The position numbers and the translations under genes are program-made. Under the pieces are notes generated by a model that saw nothing but the letters and a program-made list of their open reading frames with translations, was not told where the DNA came from and made no database searches. From an uncultured Candidatus Rokubacteria bacterium (GTDB taxonomy: Bacteria; Methylomirabilota; Methylomirabilia; Rokubacteriales; CSP1-6): DNA of 64,000 nt. Positions 7,796 to 19,123 of this stretch are shown here, piece after piece (position 1 is the first letter of the stretch; the number at the start of each line of letters is the position of its first letter). The stretch lies in assembly GCA_963758635.1 (NCBI GenBank), contig CAVWWD010000005.1, positions 704,001-768,000 on the forward strand, written 5' to 3'.

Positions 7796-10700
7796 TCAGC
7801 CGCCGAGCTCTTTGATCGTGGCGCCGAGCTTTTCCCTCTCGGCGAGCGCCGGATCGAGCTGACCCGCCCGGCGCAGGACGAACACGGCGTCGCTCTTCTT
7901 GCCGAGCCGCTGATACGTCAGCCCGAGGTGATAGTGGGCGATGGCGTTGGCGGGGCCGCGCTCCACGGCCTCGGACAGCACCTTCTCGGCCTCGCGTAGG
8001 CGCCGAGCCGGTAGTGGATCCAGCCCAGCGTGTCGAGCACGTCGGGTGAGCGGGGCGCGATCTTCGCGGCGCTGCTTCGCGAGCGGCAGGGCGTCGGCCG
8101 GCGCGCGGCGGACCTCGGCCACGATCCACGCCAGGTTGTTCAGCGCGACAACGTCCGAGGCGTCGAGCGCCAGCGCCTTCTCGTAGCTGGCGCGCGCGCG
8201 CTCCGTCTGGTTCACCGCCTGATAGGCCTGGCCGAGCCACCGGTGCGCTTCGGGAAGATCCGGCCTCATGCGGACCGCGGACTCCAGGGGCGCGACTGCC
8301 GCCTGGGGCTTCTTCTGATCGAGGAGCACGCGACCCTTCAGCAGCGCGGGCTCGGCCTTCCCGGGAGCCAGACGCTCGAGCTCCAGCGCGGCGGCCGACG
8401 CCTCCTCGACCCTCCCCTCTTGCGCGTAGAGGTGACCGAGGCGGTACCGCGCCTCGATCCGCCCGGGATCGATGGCGAGGGCTGCCTCCAGGCGAGCGAC
8501 GGCGTCCTGCGGACGCCCGCGCGCCTCGTAGAGCCGCGCCAGGAGCAGGTTCGCCTCCACGTGCGACGGATTCGACCGGACCGCAGCCTCCAGATGGGTC
8601 ATCGCCCGATCGGGCTTGCCCTGATCGAGGGCGATCCGCGCAGCGAGGACGTTCGCGCCGACGTGCCGCGGGGCGACGGCGAGGATGCGATCGATCTCCG
8701 CCTGAGCTCGCGACAGGTCGCGCTGCAGCAGGAGCATCCGGACCAGCGACTCGCGAAGCTCCACGTTCTTCGGCTCGCGCTCGATGGCCGCCTGGAGCGC
8801 GGCGGTCTGCCGCCGCTCCGCCTCGCCCGGCGGCTGCCCGGTGAGCGCGTTCAGCTCGGCGCGCGCGGCGACCAGGGACGGGTCGAGCTTGAGCGCGGCC
8901 TCGTACGCCGCGCGGGCCTCGGCGGTGCGGCCGAGGGCCACGTGCGCGTGCGCGAGGTAGTACTGCGCCTGCTCCGAGCCGGGATTCGCCGCGGCCACCG
9001 CCGCGATGTCCTTGAGGCCCGCGCCGGCATCCCCCTTGGCGATCAGGGCCCGGCCCCGGATCAGCCGGGCCGCCTCGAGGGACGGACGCTCGCGCGCCAC
9101 CTCGCCCATGAGCTCGATGGCGGCGTCGTGGCGTCCCGTCCTCACGTATGCCTCGCCCAGCATGAGGGCGAACACCGGGGCCCGCTGACTCTCCTTGCTG
9201 GCCGCCTCCAGGACGGGCAACGCGAGGTCGGTCCGCCCCTGGCGCGCATAGAGGCTGACGAGGAGCAGGACGGCGCTCGTGTGGGCGGGCTGCTTCGCCA
9301 CCACCTCGCGGAGGTGCCCGATCGCCTCGTCCTCGCGGCTCCGCCGCAGCGCGATGGCGGTCAGGCCGAGGTGCGACTCGACCCCTCCCGGAGACACTTC
9401 CGCTTCCTTCCGGAAGGCCTCCGCGGCGGCATCCAGTCGCCCCGCCGCGTAGCGGTAGGTTCCGAGCAGGGCGTGGAGCCCCCGCGTGCGCGGGGCCGAC
9501 TTGACCGCATCCTCCAGGAAGCGGACGGCCTCGTCGGCGCGGCCGGCTGCGGCGAGCGCCTGGGCCTTCTCGCGGGCCGCCGCCAGCGAGCGGGGCGACG
9601 CCTTCACGGCCGCGTCGAACTCGGCGAGCGCGGCGCCGGACTCTCCCGCCGCGAGGTGTAGACGTCCGAGGGCGAGGCGCGTGGGCTCGAAGGAAGGATC
9701 CAGCGCCACGGCCCGCCCCAGCAACTCCCGCGCGCCCGCCGTATCTCCCCGCTGCAGCCGGATCTCGCCGAGCAACAGATGCGGCTGCGGTGTCGTGGGC
9801 GCCAGTCGCCGCGCGGTCTCGGCGGCGCGCTGCGCCTCGTCCAGGCGCCTCAGCAGCACGAGGGCGTGACCGCGCACGAGGTGGTACTCGGACACGCCGT
9901 CCAGCGTGGCCGCCATGGATCGCGTGTCGAGCCGGGCCAGCGCCTGGGCCGGGCGGCCGGTCAGCGTCTCGGCCTGGGCGAGACGGAGCTGGACGGATGG
10001 CTCGGCCGGCGTCTGCTTGGCGAGCTCCTCGAACGCCCGGCGCGCATCCTCCGGAGATCCGGCGTTCAGGTACGCGACGCCGAGGAGGAACCGGGCCTGG
10101 ACGTGGCTGGGCACCTGCGTGACGACGGGGGCGAGCACCGCCACCGCGTCGGTCGCGCGGCCCGCCTCGATGTAGTAGAGCGCCAGCGCGTTCACGAGCA
10201 CCGCGTTGCGGGCGCGCGGCGGGATCACCTCGAGCGCCGCGATGGCCTCGTCCACGCGTCCCAGCCGTGCCTGCGTCATCGCCACCCCGACGAGGACCCG
10301 CGGATCGTCGGGGCTCAGCCGCTTGGCCTCCTGGTACAGACGCGCCGCCTCGGCGTAGTCCTTCCGATCGAAGGCGATGGCGCCGAGGCCGGCCAGGCTC
10401 CGCGCATCGGCAGGATTCCGCGCGCGCGATCGCTCGAGCGCGGCCACCGCCTGGTCGACCCGCCCGAGCTGGAGCAGGGCCTGGGCGCGAGTCAGCTCCA
10501 GCTCCGCGGGCTGAGGCTCCGGTACGGCGGCCAGCAGCGACAGGGCCTCGGCCGCCTTCTGACGCCCGAGGAGCGCGGCGGCCCGGACGTACAGCGCGTC
10601 GGGGCTTCGCGGATCCTTCGCGAGGATCTCGTCGGCGGCGGCGGTGGCGGCGTCCCAGTCGCCGACCTCGACCAGGGCGCGGGCATAGTCGACCGCGATG

Positions 10701-10990
10701 GGCAGGGACTGCGGAGCGAGCCGGTGCGCCCGTCCGAGCTCCCGGGTCGCGTCGAAGAACCAGAACTTCCGTGCGAAGGTTTGACCGAGGGCGTGGAGCG
10801 TCGGGACGTGCTCCTTGTCGGCCTGGAGCGCGGTCTGGAACGTGACGATGGCCTCGCTGAGCTTGCCGTCCTTCAGGTAGCGCTGGCCGGCGGCGTACGC
10901 CTCGTCGCGCTGGGCCTGGGGGCTCTTGGTGCAGCCGGCCCCGATCAGCGCGAGCGCGCACAGGACGAGCGCGGCACAGGGGCGCGCCAT
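7796..10990 (-). CDS. Large TPR-repeat lipoprotein, PrsT-like (PEP-CTERM system)
   Basis: Lipobox LIGAG-C; about 1060 aa of TPRs; C-terminal ALNNLAW and (shifted frame) PDVLDTLGWIHY; compensated indels ~7995-8075; adjacent to PEP-CTERM-like genes. Start could be 11017. Confidence 0.85.
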   Translation of the reverse strand: MARPCAALVLCALALIGAGCTKSPQAQRDEAYAAGQRYLKDGKLSEAIVTFQTALQADKEHVPTLHALGQTFARKFWFFDATRELGRAHRLAPQSLPIAVDYARALVEVGDWDAATAAADEILAKDPRSPDALYVRAAALLGRQKAAEALSLLAAVPEPQPAELELTRAQALLQLGRVDQAVAALERSRARNPADARSLAGLGAIAFDRKDYAEAARLYQEAKRLSPDDPRVLVGVAMTQARLGRVDEAIAALEVIPPRARNAVLVNALALYYIEAGRATDAVAVLAPVVTQVPSHVQARFLLGVAYLNAGSPEDARRAFEELAKQTPAEPSVQLRLAQAETLTGRPAQALARLDTRSMAATLDGVSEYHLVRGHALVLLRRLDEAQRAAETARRLAPTTPQPHLLLGEIRLQRGDTAGARELLGRAVALDPSFEPTRLALGRLHLAAGESGAALAEFDAAVKASPRSLAAAREKAQALAAAGRADEAVRFLEDAVKSAPRTRGLHALLGTYRYAAGRLDAAAEAFRKEAEVSPGGVESHLGLTAIALRRSREDEAIGHLREVVAKQPAHTSAVLLLVSLYARQGRTDLALPVLEAASKESQRAPVFALMLGEAYVRTGRHDAAIELMGEVARERPSLEAARLIRGRALIAKGDAGAGLKDIAAVAAANPGSEQAQYYLAHAHVALGRTAEARAAYEAALKLDPSLVAARAELNALTGQPPGEAERRQTAALQAAIEREPKNVELRESLVRMLLLQRDLSRAQAEIDRILAVAPRHVGANVLAARIALDQGKPDRAMTHLEAAVRSNPSHVEANLLLARLYEARGRPQDAVARLEAALAIDPGRIEARYRLGHLYAQEGRVEEASAAALELERLAPGKAEPALLKGRVLLDQKKPQAAVAPLESAVRMRPDLPEAHRWLGQAYQAVNQTERARASYEKALALDASDVVALNNLAWIVAEVRRAPADALPLAKQRREDRAPLTRRARHAGLDPLPARRLREAEKVLSEAVERGPANAIAHYHLGLTYQRLGKKSDAVFVLRRAGQLDPALAEREKLGATIKELGG

Positions 10991-11086
10991 GGTTCGAGCG
11001 GCGGAGAGCATGCGCATGGGCCTTCCGTCCACTCTATCAGCGCGGGCGGGCGCGCCCCACCAACCATGACGAGCGTTCGATGGGGG

Positions 11087-11132
11087 AAAACCGGTGGCGG
11101 GCGGGCCCCGCCTGGGGTCCGGCCGCCACCGG
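11087..11132 (-). terminator. Rho-independent terminator after LLM gene
   Basis: CCGGTGGCGG...CCGCCACCGG stem followed by TTTT on minus strand. Confidence 0.55.
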
Positions 11133-11150
11133 CGCGACCGCGGCGAGGGG

Positions 11151-12297
11151 CTACTTCTTGAGCTTCGGGATGACGTGCTTGCCGAACATCTCGATCGACG
11201 ACATGACCCGCTCGTGAGGCACGGTCTCCGTCGCCATGAGGAACTGGAGCTCGTCCACGCCCGCCTCCTCGTGGATGCGGATCGCGCGCAGGCAGTCCTC
11301 GGGATCGCCGGCCACGAGCACGCCCCGCTGGGCGAGCGTCTCGGCGTCGATCTGGTTCCAGAGCGCGGAGGCGATCTGCCCCGATCCCCCGGAGAGATCG
11401 ACCTCGGGCGCGCCCGTCGGCCCGTCGCCCTTGAGGTACCGGGAGAAGTTCGCGCGCAGGTGATCCGGCACCCCGCCCCACGACTCGACGAGCTGCTCGT
11501 ACAGATGCGTCTGGTCCTTGAGGTACGGCCGGTCCGGCCCGAAGAACGTCCGCAGCGACTTCGCGGCCAGCTCGCGCGCCGCCGGCCCGTCCGCGTCGCA
11601 GAAGGCCATGGTGGAGCTGAGCCACTGGTCGTTGATGAACTTGCCCACCGGCTTCGCCTGCCGCACCCGCTCCTTGTACTCCTTGATGTGCGGCGCCAGG
11701 TACGAGGGCGCGGCCACGGAGAGCGCCATGACCCCGATGCCCTTCTCCGCGGCGAGCTGGTACGTGGCGGGCTGGAGCGCGGCCACCCAGATGCGCGGGT
11801 GCGGCTTCTGGTACGGCTTCGGGCGCACCTCGCGCGGCGGCACGTTCCAGTACCGGCCCTTCCACTCGAAGAGCCCTTCCTCCCAGACCCGCGGGATCAT
11901 CTCGAGCGACTCTTCCCACATCCCCCGCGTCTCCCGCGGGTCGATGCCCATGCCGGTCTGCTCGTAGGGCGCGGAGCGCCCGGTGCCGAACTCCACGCGC
12001 CCGCCGGAGAGGTGATCGACCATGGCCACCCGCTCGGCCACCCGCACCGGGTGGTGGTAGGGCAGGATCACCACGCCGAAGCCGAGGCGAATGCGCTTGG
12101 TGAGCCGGCTGAGCGCCCCGAAGATGACCTCCGGGCACGGCGACCCGGAGAAGCCGGTGAGGAAGTGGTGCTCGACGAACCACACGGCGTCGAAGCCCAT
12201 CTCGTCGGCGCGCACGCACTGCTCGATGGTCTCCTCGACGACGGCGTGGTCGTCGACCACCGGCCGCTGCATCTCGTAGGCGAGGCGAAAGTCTCAT
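11151..12297 (-). CDS. LLM class flavin-dependent oxidoreductase (frameshift in first codons)
   Basis: GFDAVWFVEHHF, HPVRVAERVAMVDHLSGGRVEFGTGRS, PKPYQKPHPRIW. Confidence 0.92.
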
Positions 12298-12325
12298 GCG
12301 ATGGATGTCTCCGGGCGCGACGCGC

Positions 12326-13513
12326 TCAGATCACGCCGCGCTTGGCGAGGTCCGCCATCTGGTCCGTGGTGTAGCCGAGGGCTCCGAGCACCTCCTCGTT
12401 GTCCTGGCCGAGCTCGGGCGCGGACGCCCGCAGCGCCGGGCGCCGGGCGCCGTGCGAGACGGGGTGCCCGAGGATGGTCAGCTCGCCCAGGGCCTTGGAC
12501 TGCACCTTCTGGGCCATCTCGAGGTGCCGCACCTGGGGATCGTTGAACGACTCGTCGATGTGGTAGATCGGCCCGCACGGCACGCCGGCGTCGTTCAGGA
12601 TCCTGATCCAGTCCGCGCTCGACTTCTTCCGCGTCACCGGCATGAGGAGGTCCATCAGCGTGTCGCGGTTCTTGAGCCGCGCCTTCGAGGTGGCGAAGCG
12701 CGGGTCGGTCAGGAGGTCCTCGCGCTCGATCGCCTTGCAGAAGCGCGTGTAGAGGTCCTCGCCGCTCGCCGCGATGTTGATGTGGCCGTCCGACGTCTCG
12801 AACACGCCGGTGGGGATGCCCGTGGGGTGGTTGTTGCCGGCCTGCGGCGCGCGCTCGCCGCTCATCAGCCACCGCGAGGCCTGGAAGTCCAGCATCGACA
12901 GCATGGCCTCGAGCAGCGACGTGTGCACCCACTTGCCCTGCCCCGTGATCTCGCGCTCGATGAGGGCGACCAGGATGCCCTGGGCGAGGAAGATGCCCGA
13001 GCACAGGTCGGCGATGGGGATGCCGACGCGCACCGGCCCCTGCCCCTCGAGGCCGGTGATCGACATGAGCCCGCCCATGCCCTGCGCGATCTGGTCGACG
13101 CCGGGCCGGTCGCGGTACGGCCCGCTCTGGCCGAAGCCGGAGATGCTGCCGTAGATCAGGCGCGGGTTGATCGGACGGAGCTGCTCGTAGTCGATGCCGA
13201 GCCGCCGCTTCACGTCGGGCCGATAGTTCTCGACCACGATGTCGGCCTTCGCGGCCAGCTTCTTGAAGATGGCCACGGCCTCCGGGTCGCGGAGGTTCAG
13301 CGTGATGCCCTTCTTGTTCCGGTGCAGGTTCTGGAAGTCGAAGCCGTGGCGGTTGCCGCCCATGCCGTCGCCCGTGCGCCCGCCCGGCATCTCGATCTTG
13401 ATCGCCGTCGCTCCCCAGTCGACGAGCTGCCGCACGCAGGTGGGCCCGGCGCGGGCGCGCGTGAGGTCGAGGACGCTGAAGCGAGCGAGGGGGAGCGCGG
13501 TGTTCTCGGCCAT
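12326..13513 (-). CDS. CaiB/BaiF family CoA-transferase
   Basis: VLDLTRARAGP, LHRNKKGITLNL, SGFGQSGPYRDRPGVD, APELGQDNEEVL. Confidence 0.93.
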   Translation of the reverse strand: MAENTALPLARFSVLDLTRARAGPTCVRQLVDWGATAIKIEMPGGRTGDGMGGNRHGFDFQNLHRNKKGITLNLRDPEAVAIFKKLAAKADIVVENYRPDVKRRLGIDYEQLRPINPRLIYGSISGFGQSGPYRDRPGVDQIAQGMGGLMSITGLEGQGPVRVGIPIADLCSGIFLAQGILVALIEREITGQGKWVHTSLLEAMLSMLDFQASRWLMSGERAPQAGNNHPTGIPTGVFETSDGHINIAASGEDLYTRFCKAIEREDLLTDPRFATSKARLKNRDTLMDLLMPVTRKKSSADWIRILNDAGVPCGPIYHIDESFNDPQVRHLEMAQKVQSKALGELTILGHPVSHGARRPALRASAPELGQDNEEVLGALGYTTDQMADLAKRGVI

Positions 13514-13685
13514 GATGTCCTCTCCGTCGGAAAGTGACCGCCGCTCCGCATGATAGTCGACTCCCCGCCGCGGCACCATCCCCGGGCAGTGAGCGTCGAG
13601 GTCCTCGCTGCCGCCGGGCCGGATGAGGTGCCCGCACCCGGTGATAGACTCGCGGCGTCGCGATTCCTTCCAGGAGGTTCCCGTC

Positions 13686-15050
13686 ATGCAGGACGAGCCC
13701 ACTTCGCTGCGCATCGACGATCCCGGCGTGCGGGCGCTGTTCACCGAGCGCGCGCGCTTCCAGGCCTGGCTCGACGTGGAGGCCGCGCTCGCCCAGGCCC
13801 AGGCCGAGCTCGGCATCATCCCGGAGGCGGCGGCGCGCGAGATCACCAGGAAGGCGCACCTCGAGTTCATCGACCTGGACGCGGTCCACGCCGGGCTCGC
13901 GCGCACCGGGCATCCGCTCGTGCCGCTCATCTGGGCGCTGGACCGCGCGTGCGAGGGCGACGCGGGCGGCTACGTCCACTGGGGCGCCACCACCCAGAAC
14001 ATCACGCAGACGGGCCAGCTCCTGCTGCTCCGCCGCGCGCATCACATCTTCCTGCGCCAGCTCGCCACGATCCTCCGGACGCTCGCCGGCCTCGCCGAGC
14101 GCACCAAGGACGCGCTCCTGCCCGGGCGCACGCACGGGCAGCACGCCGTGCCCGCCACGTTCGGCTTCAAGGTGGCGGTGTGGATCGACGAGCTGGCGCG
14201 GCACGCCGAGCGCCTGCAGGCCGCGGAGGGCCGCGTGTTCGTGGCCATGCTGGGCGGCGGCGCGGGGACGCTGGCCTCGCTCGGCGAGGCCGGCCTCGCC
14301 ACCCAGGACGGCATCGCCGCGCGCCTCGGCATGCGCGCGATGGCCGTGCCCGCCCGCACCATCGGCGATCACCAGGCGGAGTACGTCACGCTGCTCGGCC
14401 TGCTCGCCGCCACCGGCAGCAAGATCGGGCGCGAGATCTACACGCTGATGAAGCAGGAGTTCGGCGAGGTGGAGGAGCCCGTCCCCGAGGGCACGGTGGG
14501 CAGCAGCACGATGCCGCAGAAGCGGAACCCGAAGCTCTCGCAGGACATCATCGCGGCGGCGGCGGAGATCCGCGCCCTGGTGCCGCTGGCGCTGGAGGCC
14601 ATGCAGACCGAGCACGAGGCCGACCGCACCACGAGCGTGATGATGGGCCGCGCGCTCGCCCAGTCGTGCGAGCTCACCGGCGACATGCTCCAGCGGCTGG
14701 TCGTGCTGATGGAGGGCCTGCAGGTGTTCCCGGACCGGATGCGGAAGAACCTCGACCTCTCCGGCGGCCTCATCATGGCCGAGGCCCTCATGCTGGAGCT
14801 CGGCAAGCAGATCGGGCGCCAGCGCGCCCACGACGCCGTCTACGAGGCGGCGCAGGGCTCCGTCACGAAGAGCCGGCCGTTCCGCGATCTCCTCGCCGAG
14901 GACCCGCACGTGAGCGCGCGCCTCCGCCCGGACCAGGTCGAGGCGCTCCTCGACCCCGCGCAGTACACCGGCCTCTGCTCCCGGTTCGCCGAGCGCGGCG
15001 CCGTGCGCGCGCGGGAGACGGCGGCGGCCATCACGAGCCGCCTGGGGTGA
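13686..15050 (+). CDS. Adenylosuccinate lyase / 3-carboxymuconate cycloisomerase-like class-II lyase
   Basis: GSSTMPQKRNP signature, HWGATTQN, GRTHGQHA. Confidence 0.9.
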   Translation: MQDEPTSLRIDDPGVRALFTERARFQAWLDVEAALAQAQAELGIIPEAAAREITRKAHLEFIDLDAVHAGLARTGHPLVPLIWALDRACEGDAGGYVHWGATTQNITQTGQLLLLRRAHHIFLRQLATILRTLAGLAERTKDALLPGRTHGQHAVPATFGFKVAVWIDELARHAERLQAAEGRVFVAMLGGGAGTLASLGEAGLATQDGIAARLGMRAMAVPARTIGDHQAEYVTLLGLLAATGSKIGREIYTLMKQEFGEVEEPVPEGTVGSSTMPQKRNPKLSQDIIAAAAEIRALVPLALEAMQTEHEADRTTSVMMGRALAQSCELTGDMLQRLVVLMEGLQVFPDRMRKNLDLSGGLIMAEALMLELGKQIGRQRAHDAVYEAAQGSVTKSRPFRDLLAEDPHVSARLRPDQVEALLDPAQYTGLCSRFAERGAVRARETAAAITSRLG

Positions 15051-16915
15051 GCACGGCCGCGTCCCCTCGCCCGCCCGTCTCGGCCAGGTAGACCGCCGCG
15101 CTCCACGGCGGCAGGACGGTCCATTCCTCCCGATCGAGTCCCGTCGCGTGGAGGCGGCGCCCCCAGCCCGCGCCGGGCCCGGCGTGCGGGACGGCGTCTC
15201 GCGCCGAGGTTGGCGACCAGCCGGAGCGTCCTCCGCCCTTCGAAGACCCATTCCGCCTCCACGGCGGCGGCGCCGATGGCCACCGCGCGGGCGCGCGGGC
15301 GCGGATCGCGCACGACGAGCGGCACGATCTCGCTCCGGCGCAGGGCGAGCAGCGTCCGGTAGAGGTCGAGGTGCGCCCGGTGGGCCGGCTCGCGGATCCG
15401 CGTCCAGTCGAGCACCGAGCGCGCCGCGGTGGCCGGATCCTGGGGATCGGGAACGCGGCCCGCGGCCCCGTCACGGAACCCCTCGAACGCGGCGAACTCA
15501 CGCCGCCGGCCCTCGGTGACCGACGGGCCCAGGTCGGGGCCGAGGTCGCTGAAGTAGAGGAACGGCTCGGGCGCCGCCCACTCCTCGCCCATGAAGACGA
15601 GCGGCAGCGCAGGCGTGAGGAGCAGCACGACGGCGGCCGCCCGCACGCCCGCCTCGGGGGCCAGCGCGTGCAGACGCTCGCCCAGCCCTCGGTTGCCGAC
15701 CTGGTCGTGATTCTGCAGGAACTGGACGAACGCGGTGACGGGGAGCGCGCCGGAGGGCGTGCCCCGCGGCCGTCCACGGCGCGCCGAGCGCTCGCCCTGG
15801 TACGCGAAGCCCTCGGCGAGGCAGCGAGCGAGGGACGGGGCCGGCGGATGGTAGTCCGCGTAGTAGCCCGACCGCTCGCCGGTCAGGAGCCCGTGGGCGG
15901 CGTGGTGGAAATCGTCGTTCCACTGGGCCCGGTACGCCGGCGGACGCTCGCGGCGCGCCTCGAGCCAGCGCGCGTCGTTGTCGTCGTTCTCCAGCATGAG
16001 ATGCACGTGGCGGCGCGCGCCGGGCCCGCTCCGCACGGCCTCGGCCAGCTCGTCCAGGACGTGACGCGGCGACCGGTCGTGGATCGCGTGCACGGCGTCC
16101 AGGCGGAGGCCGTCCAGGTGGTACTCCTCGAGCCAGTAGAGGGCGTTGTCCACCACGAGCCGGCGAGCGACCTCGGCGGCCGGGCCGTCGAAGGCGAGCC
16201 CGGCGCCCCACGGCGTGTCGCGGCCGCTCGCGATCAGGGCCGGCGCGTAGGCGCCGAGATAGTTGCCTTCCGGGCCGAGGTGGTTGTAGACCACGTCGAG
16301 CACCACCGCGATGCCGTGCGCGTGCGCGGCATCGACCAGCGCCTTGAGGTCCTCGGGGCGCCCGTAGGCGGGGTGCGGCGCGAAGAGCAGCACCCCGTCG
16401 TAGCCCCAGCCGCGGGATCCGGGGAACGTGGCCACCGGCATCAGCTCGACCGCCGTCACGCCCAGGTCGGAGAGGTACGGCAGCCGCTCGGCCGCGGCGT
16501 GGAACGTCCCCGCCGCGGTGAACGTGCCCACGTGCAGCTCGTAGAACACGAGCGCCTCGGCGGGCACGCCGCCCCAGCCGCCGTCCCGCCACTCGTGGGC
16601 CTCCGGATCGATGACCTCGCTCTCGCCGTGCACGCCGCCGGGCTGAAAGCGCGCGGCCGGGTCGGGCACGTGGAGCCCGCCGTCGATGCGGAAGCGGTAG
16701 CGCGTGCCCGGGCCCGCGCCGGCCACGTCGAGCCGCGCCCAGCCCGTGGCCTCGCGCGGCATCGACAGCACGCGGCCGTCGCCCAGCACCAGGTCCACCG
16801 CCCGCGGCGCCGGAGCCCAGAGCGCGAAGCGCACGCCGCCGGCGGCGAGGACCTCGGCGCCGAACGGCATCGCGTGGCGTCGCCGGACGCCCGCGGACGC
16901 GCCGGCCGCGTTCAT
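15031..16915 (-). CDS. treZ: Malto-oligosyltrehalose trehalohydrolase (frameshift ~15200)
   Basis: [39 protein letters not shown]. Confidence 0.92.
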
Positions 16916-19123
16916 CCTCGCCTGCGCGAGGGACGGAGCCGGAGCACGGCGATCGAGCGCCCCTCGAGCGGGTACTGATCGCCGGCGTGGAAGCCCTGGC
17001 CGCGGGGATGGAAGTCCCAGGCGCGCGTGTCGAGCACCAGGTCCCACCGGACGCGGGCGCGATGCGCGGGCAGCACGAACGGAATCGACTCGAAGTGGGC
17101 GTTCTCGAGGAGCAGGAACGTGTCGCCGACGATCGGCGCGCCGGCCTCGTCCAGCTCTTCGATGGCGTCCCCGGCGAGGCGGAGGCCCACGCAGCGGCTG
17201 AACCAGTTGCTCCACTCGTCCTCCGTCATCTCCTTGCCGTCGGGGCGGAACCACGACAGGTCCTTGACCTCGGAGCCGTGGATGCGCCGGCCCTGGAAGA
17301 ACCGGCGGCGGTGGAACACGGGGTGCTCGAGGCGGAGCGCGACGAGCCGGCGCGTGAAGTCGATCTGGCGCTGGCCGGCGCGGGTCGGCGGCCAGTGGAA
17401 CCACGAGATGTCGTTGTCCTGGGCGTAGGCGTTGTTGTTGCCCTGCTGGGTGCGGGCCATCTCGTCGCCGCCGCACAGCATCGGGATGCCTTGCGAGAGC
17501 AGCAGCGTCACGAGGAAGTTGCGCATCTGGCGCTCGCGGAGCGCCTGCACCGCGGGATCGCCGGTGGGCCCCTCCACGCCGCAGTTCCAGGACAGGTTCT
17601 CGTCCTGGCCGTCCCGGTTGTCCTCGCCGTTGGCCTCGTTGCGCTTGACGTTGTAGGCGACGAGGTCGGCCAGGGTGAAGCCGTCGTGGCACGTCACGAA
17701 GTTCACGCTCGCGTAGGGCCGGCGGCCGCCACGCTCGTACAGGTCGCTGGACCCGGCGAGCCGGTAGCCGAGCTCGCCCACCTGGCCCCAGTCGCCCTTC
17801 CAGTAGCGGCGGATCGTGTCGCGGTACTTGCCGTTCCACTCCGCCCAGCCCACGGGGAAGTTGCCCACCTGGTATCCGCCCTCGCCGAGGTCCCAGGGCT
17901 CGGCGATCAGCTTGACCTGGGAGACCACGGGATCCTGGTGGATGACGTCGAAGAACGCGGAGAGGCGGTCCACGTCGTGGAACTCGCGCGCGAGGGCGGA
18001 CGCGAGGTCGAAGCGGAATCCGTCGACGTGCATCTCGAGCACCCAGTAGCGCAGGCTGTCCATGAGGAGCTGCAGCGTCCGCGGGTGCGTCATGTTCAGC
18101 GTGTTGCCGCAGCCGGTGTAGTCCATGTAGTAGCGCCGGTCCTCGGGCGCCGTGCGGTAGTAGGCGGCGTTGTCGATGCCGCGGAAGCTCAGAGTCGGGC
18201 CGAGGTGGTTGCCCTCGCCGGTGTGGTTGTAGACCACGTCGAGGATCACCTCGATGCCCGCCCGGTGGAGCGTCTTCACCATGGTCTTGAACTCGGCGAC
18301 CTGCTGGCCGGGCGCGGCCGCGTAGGGCGCGTGCGGGCGCGAAGAAGCCGATCGAGTTGTAGCCCCAGTAGTTGGTGAGGCCGCGCTCGACCAGGTGGCG
18401 CTCGGCCACGAAGTGGTGCACGGGCAGGAGCTCCACCGCGGTCACGCCGAGCCGCGCCAGGTGGGCCACCGCGGGCTCGGAGGCGAGGCCGGCGTACGTG
18501 CCGCGGAGCGCGCGCGTGACCTGGGGATGGCGCGCGGTGAACCCCTTGACGTGCACCTCGTAGATGACGCTCCGGTGCCACGGCGTCCGGAGCGGCCGGT
18601 CGTCGCCCCACGTGAAGGCGGGGTCCACCACCACGCCCTTCGGCACGTAGGGCGCGCTGTCGCGCGGGTCCGCCACGAGGTCCGCGTCCGGCCCCTCACC
18701 TACCGGGTAGCCGAAGACGGCGTCGTGCCACTCGACCGGCCCGGTCAAGGCCTTCGCGTAGGGGTCGATGAGGAGCTTGGCCGGGTTGAACCGGTGGCCA
18801 GCGCCCGGCTCGTACGGGCCCTCCACGCGGAAGCCGTAGCGGTCACCGGGACGCGCGTCGGGCAGGTACACGTGCCAGACCTGGTCGGTCTGCTCGACCA
18901 TGGGCACGCGGCGGGTCTCTTCCCGCGCGTCGCCCTCGAACAGGCAGAGCGTGACGCCGGTCGCGTGCTCGCTGAAGAGGGCGAAGTTCACGCCGGCGCC
19001 GTCCCACGTCGCCCCCAGGGGATACGAGGCGCCGGGACGCGTGCGCAGCGACGGCGGGGAGCCCGTCGCGCCGCGGCCGCGGTCGCCAGCGGGCTTCGCC
19101 CTCGGGTCGGGCGTCTCGCTCAC
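16912..19123 (-). CDS. glgX: Glycogen debranching enzyme (frameshift ~18330)
   Basis: [47 protein letters not shown]. Confidence 0.93.
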
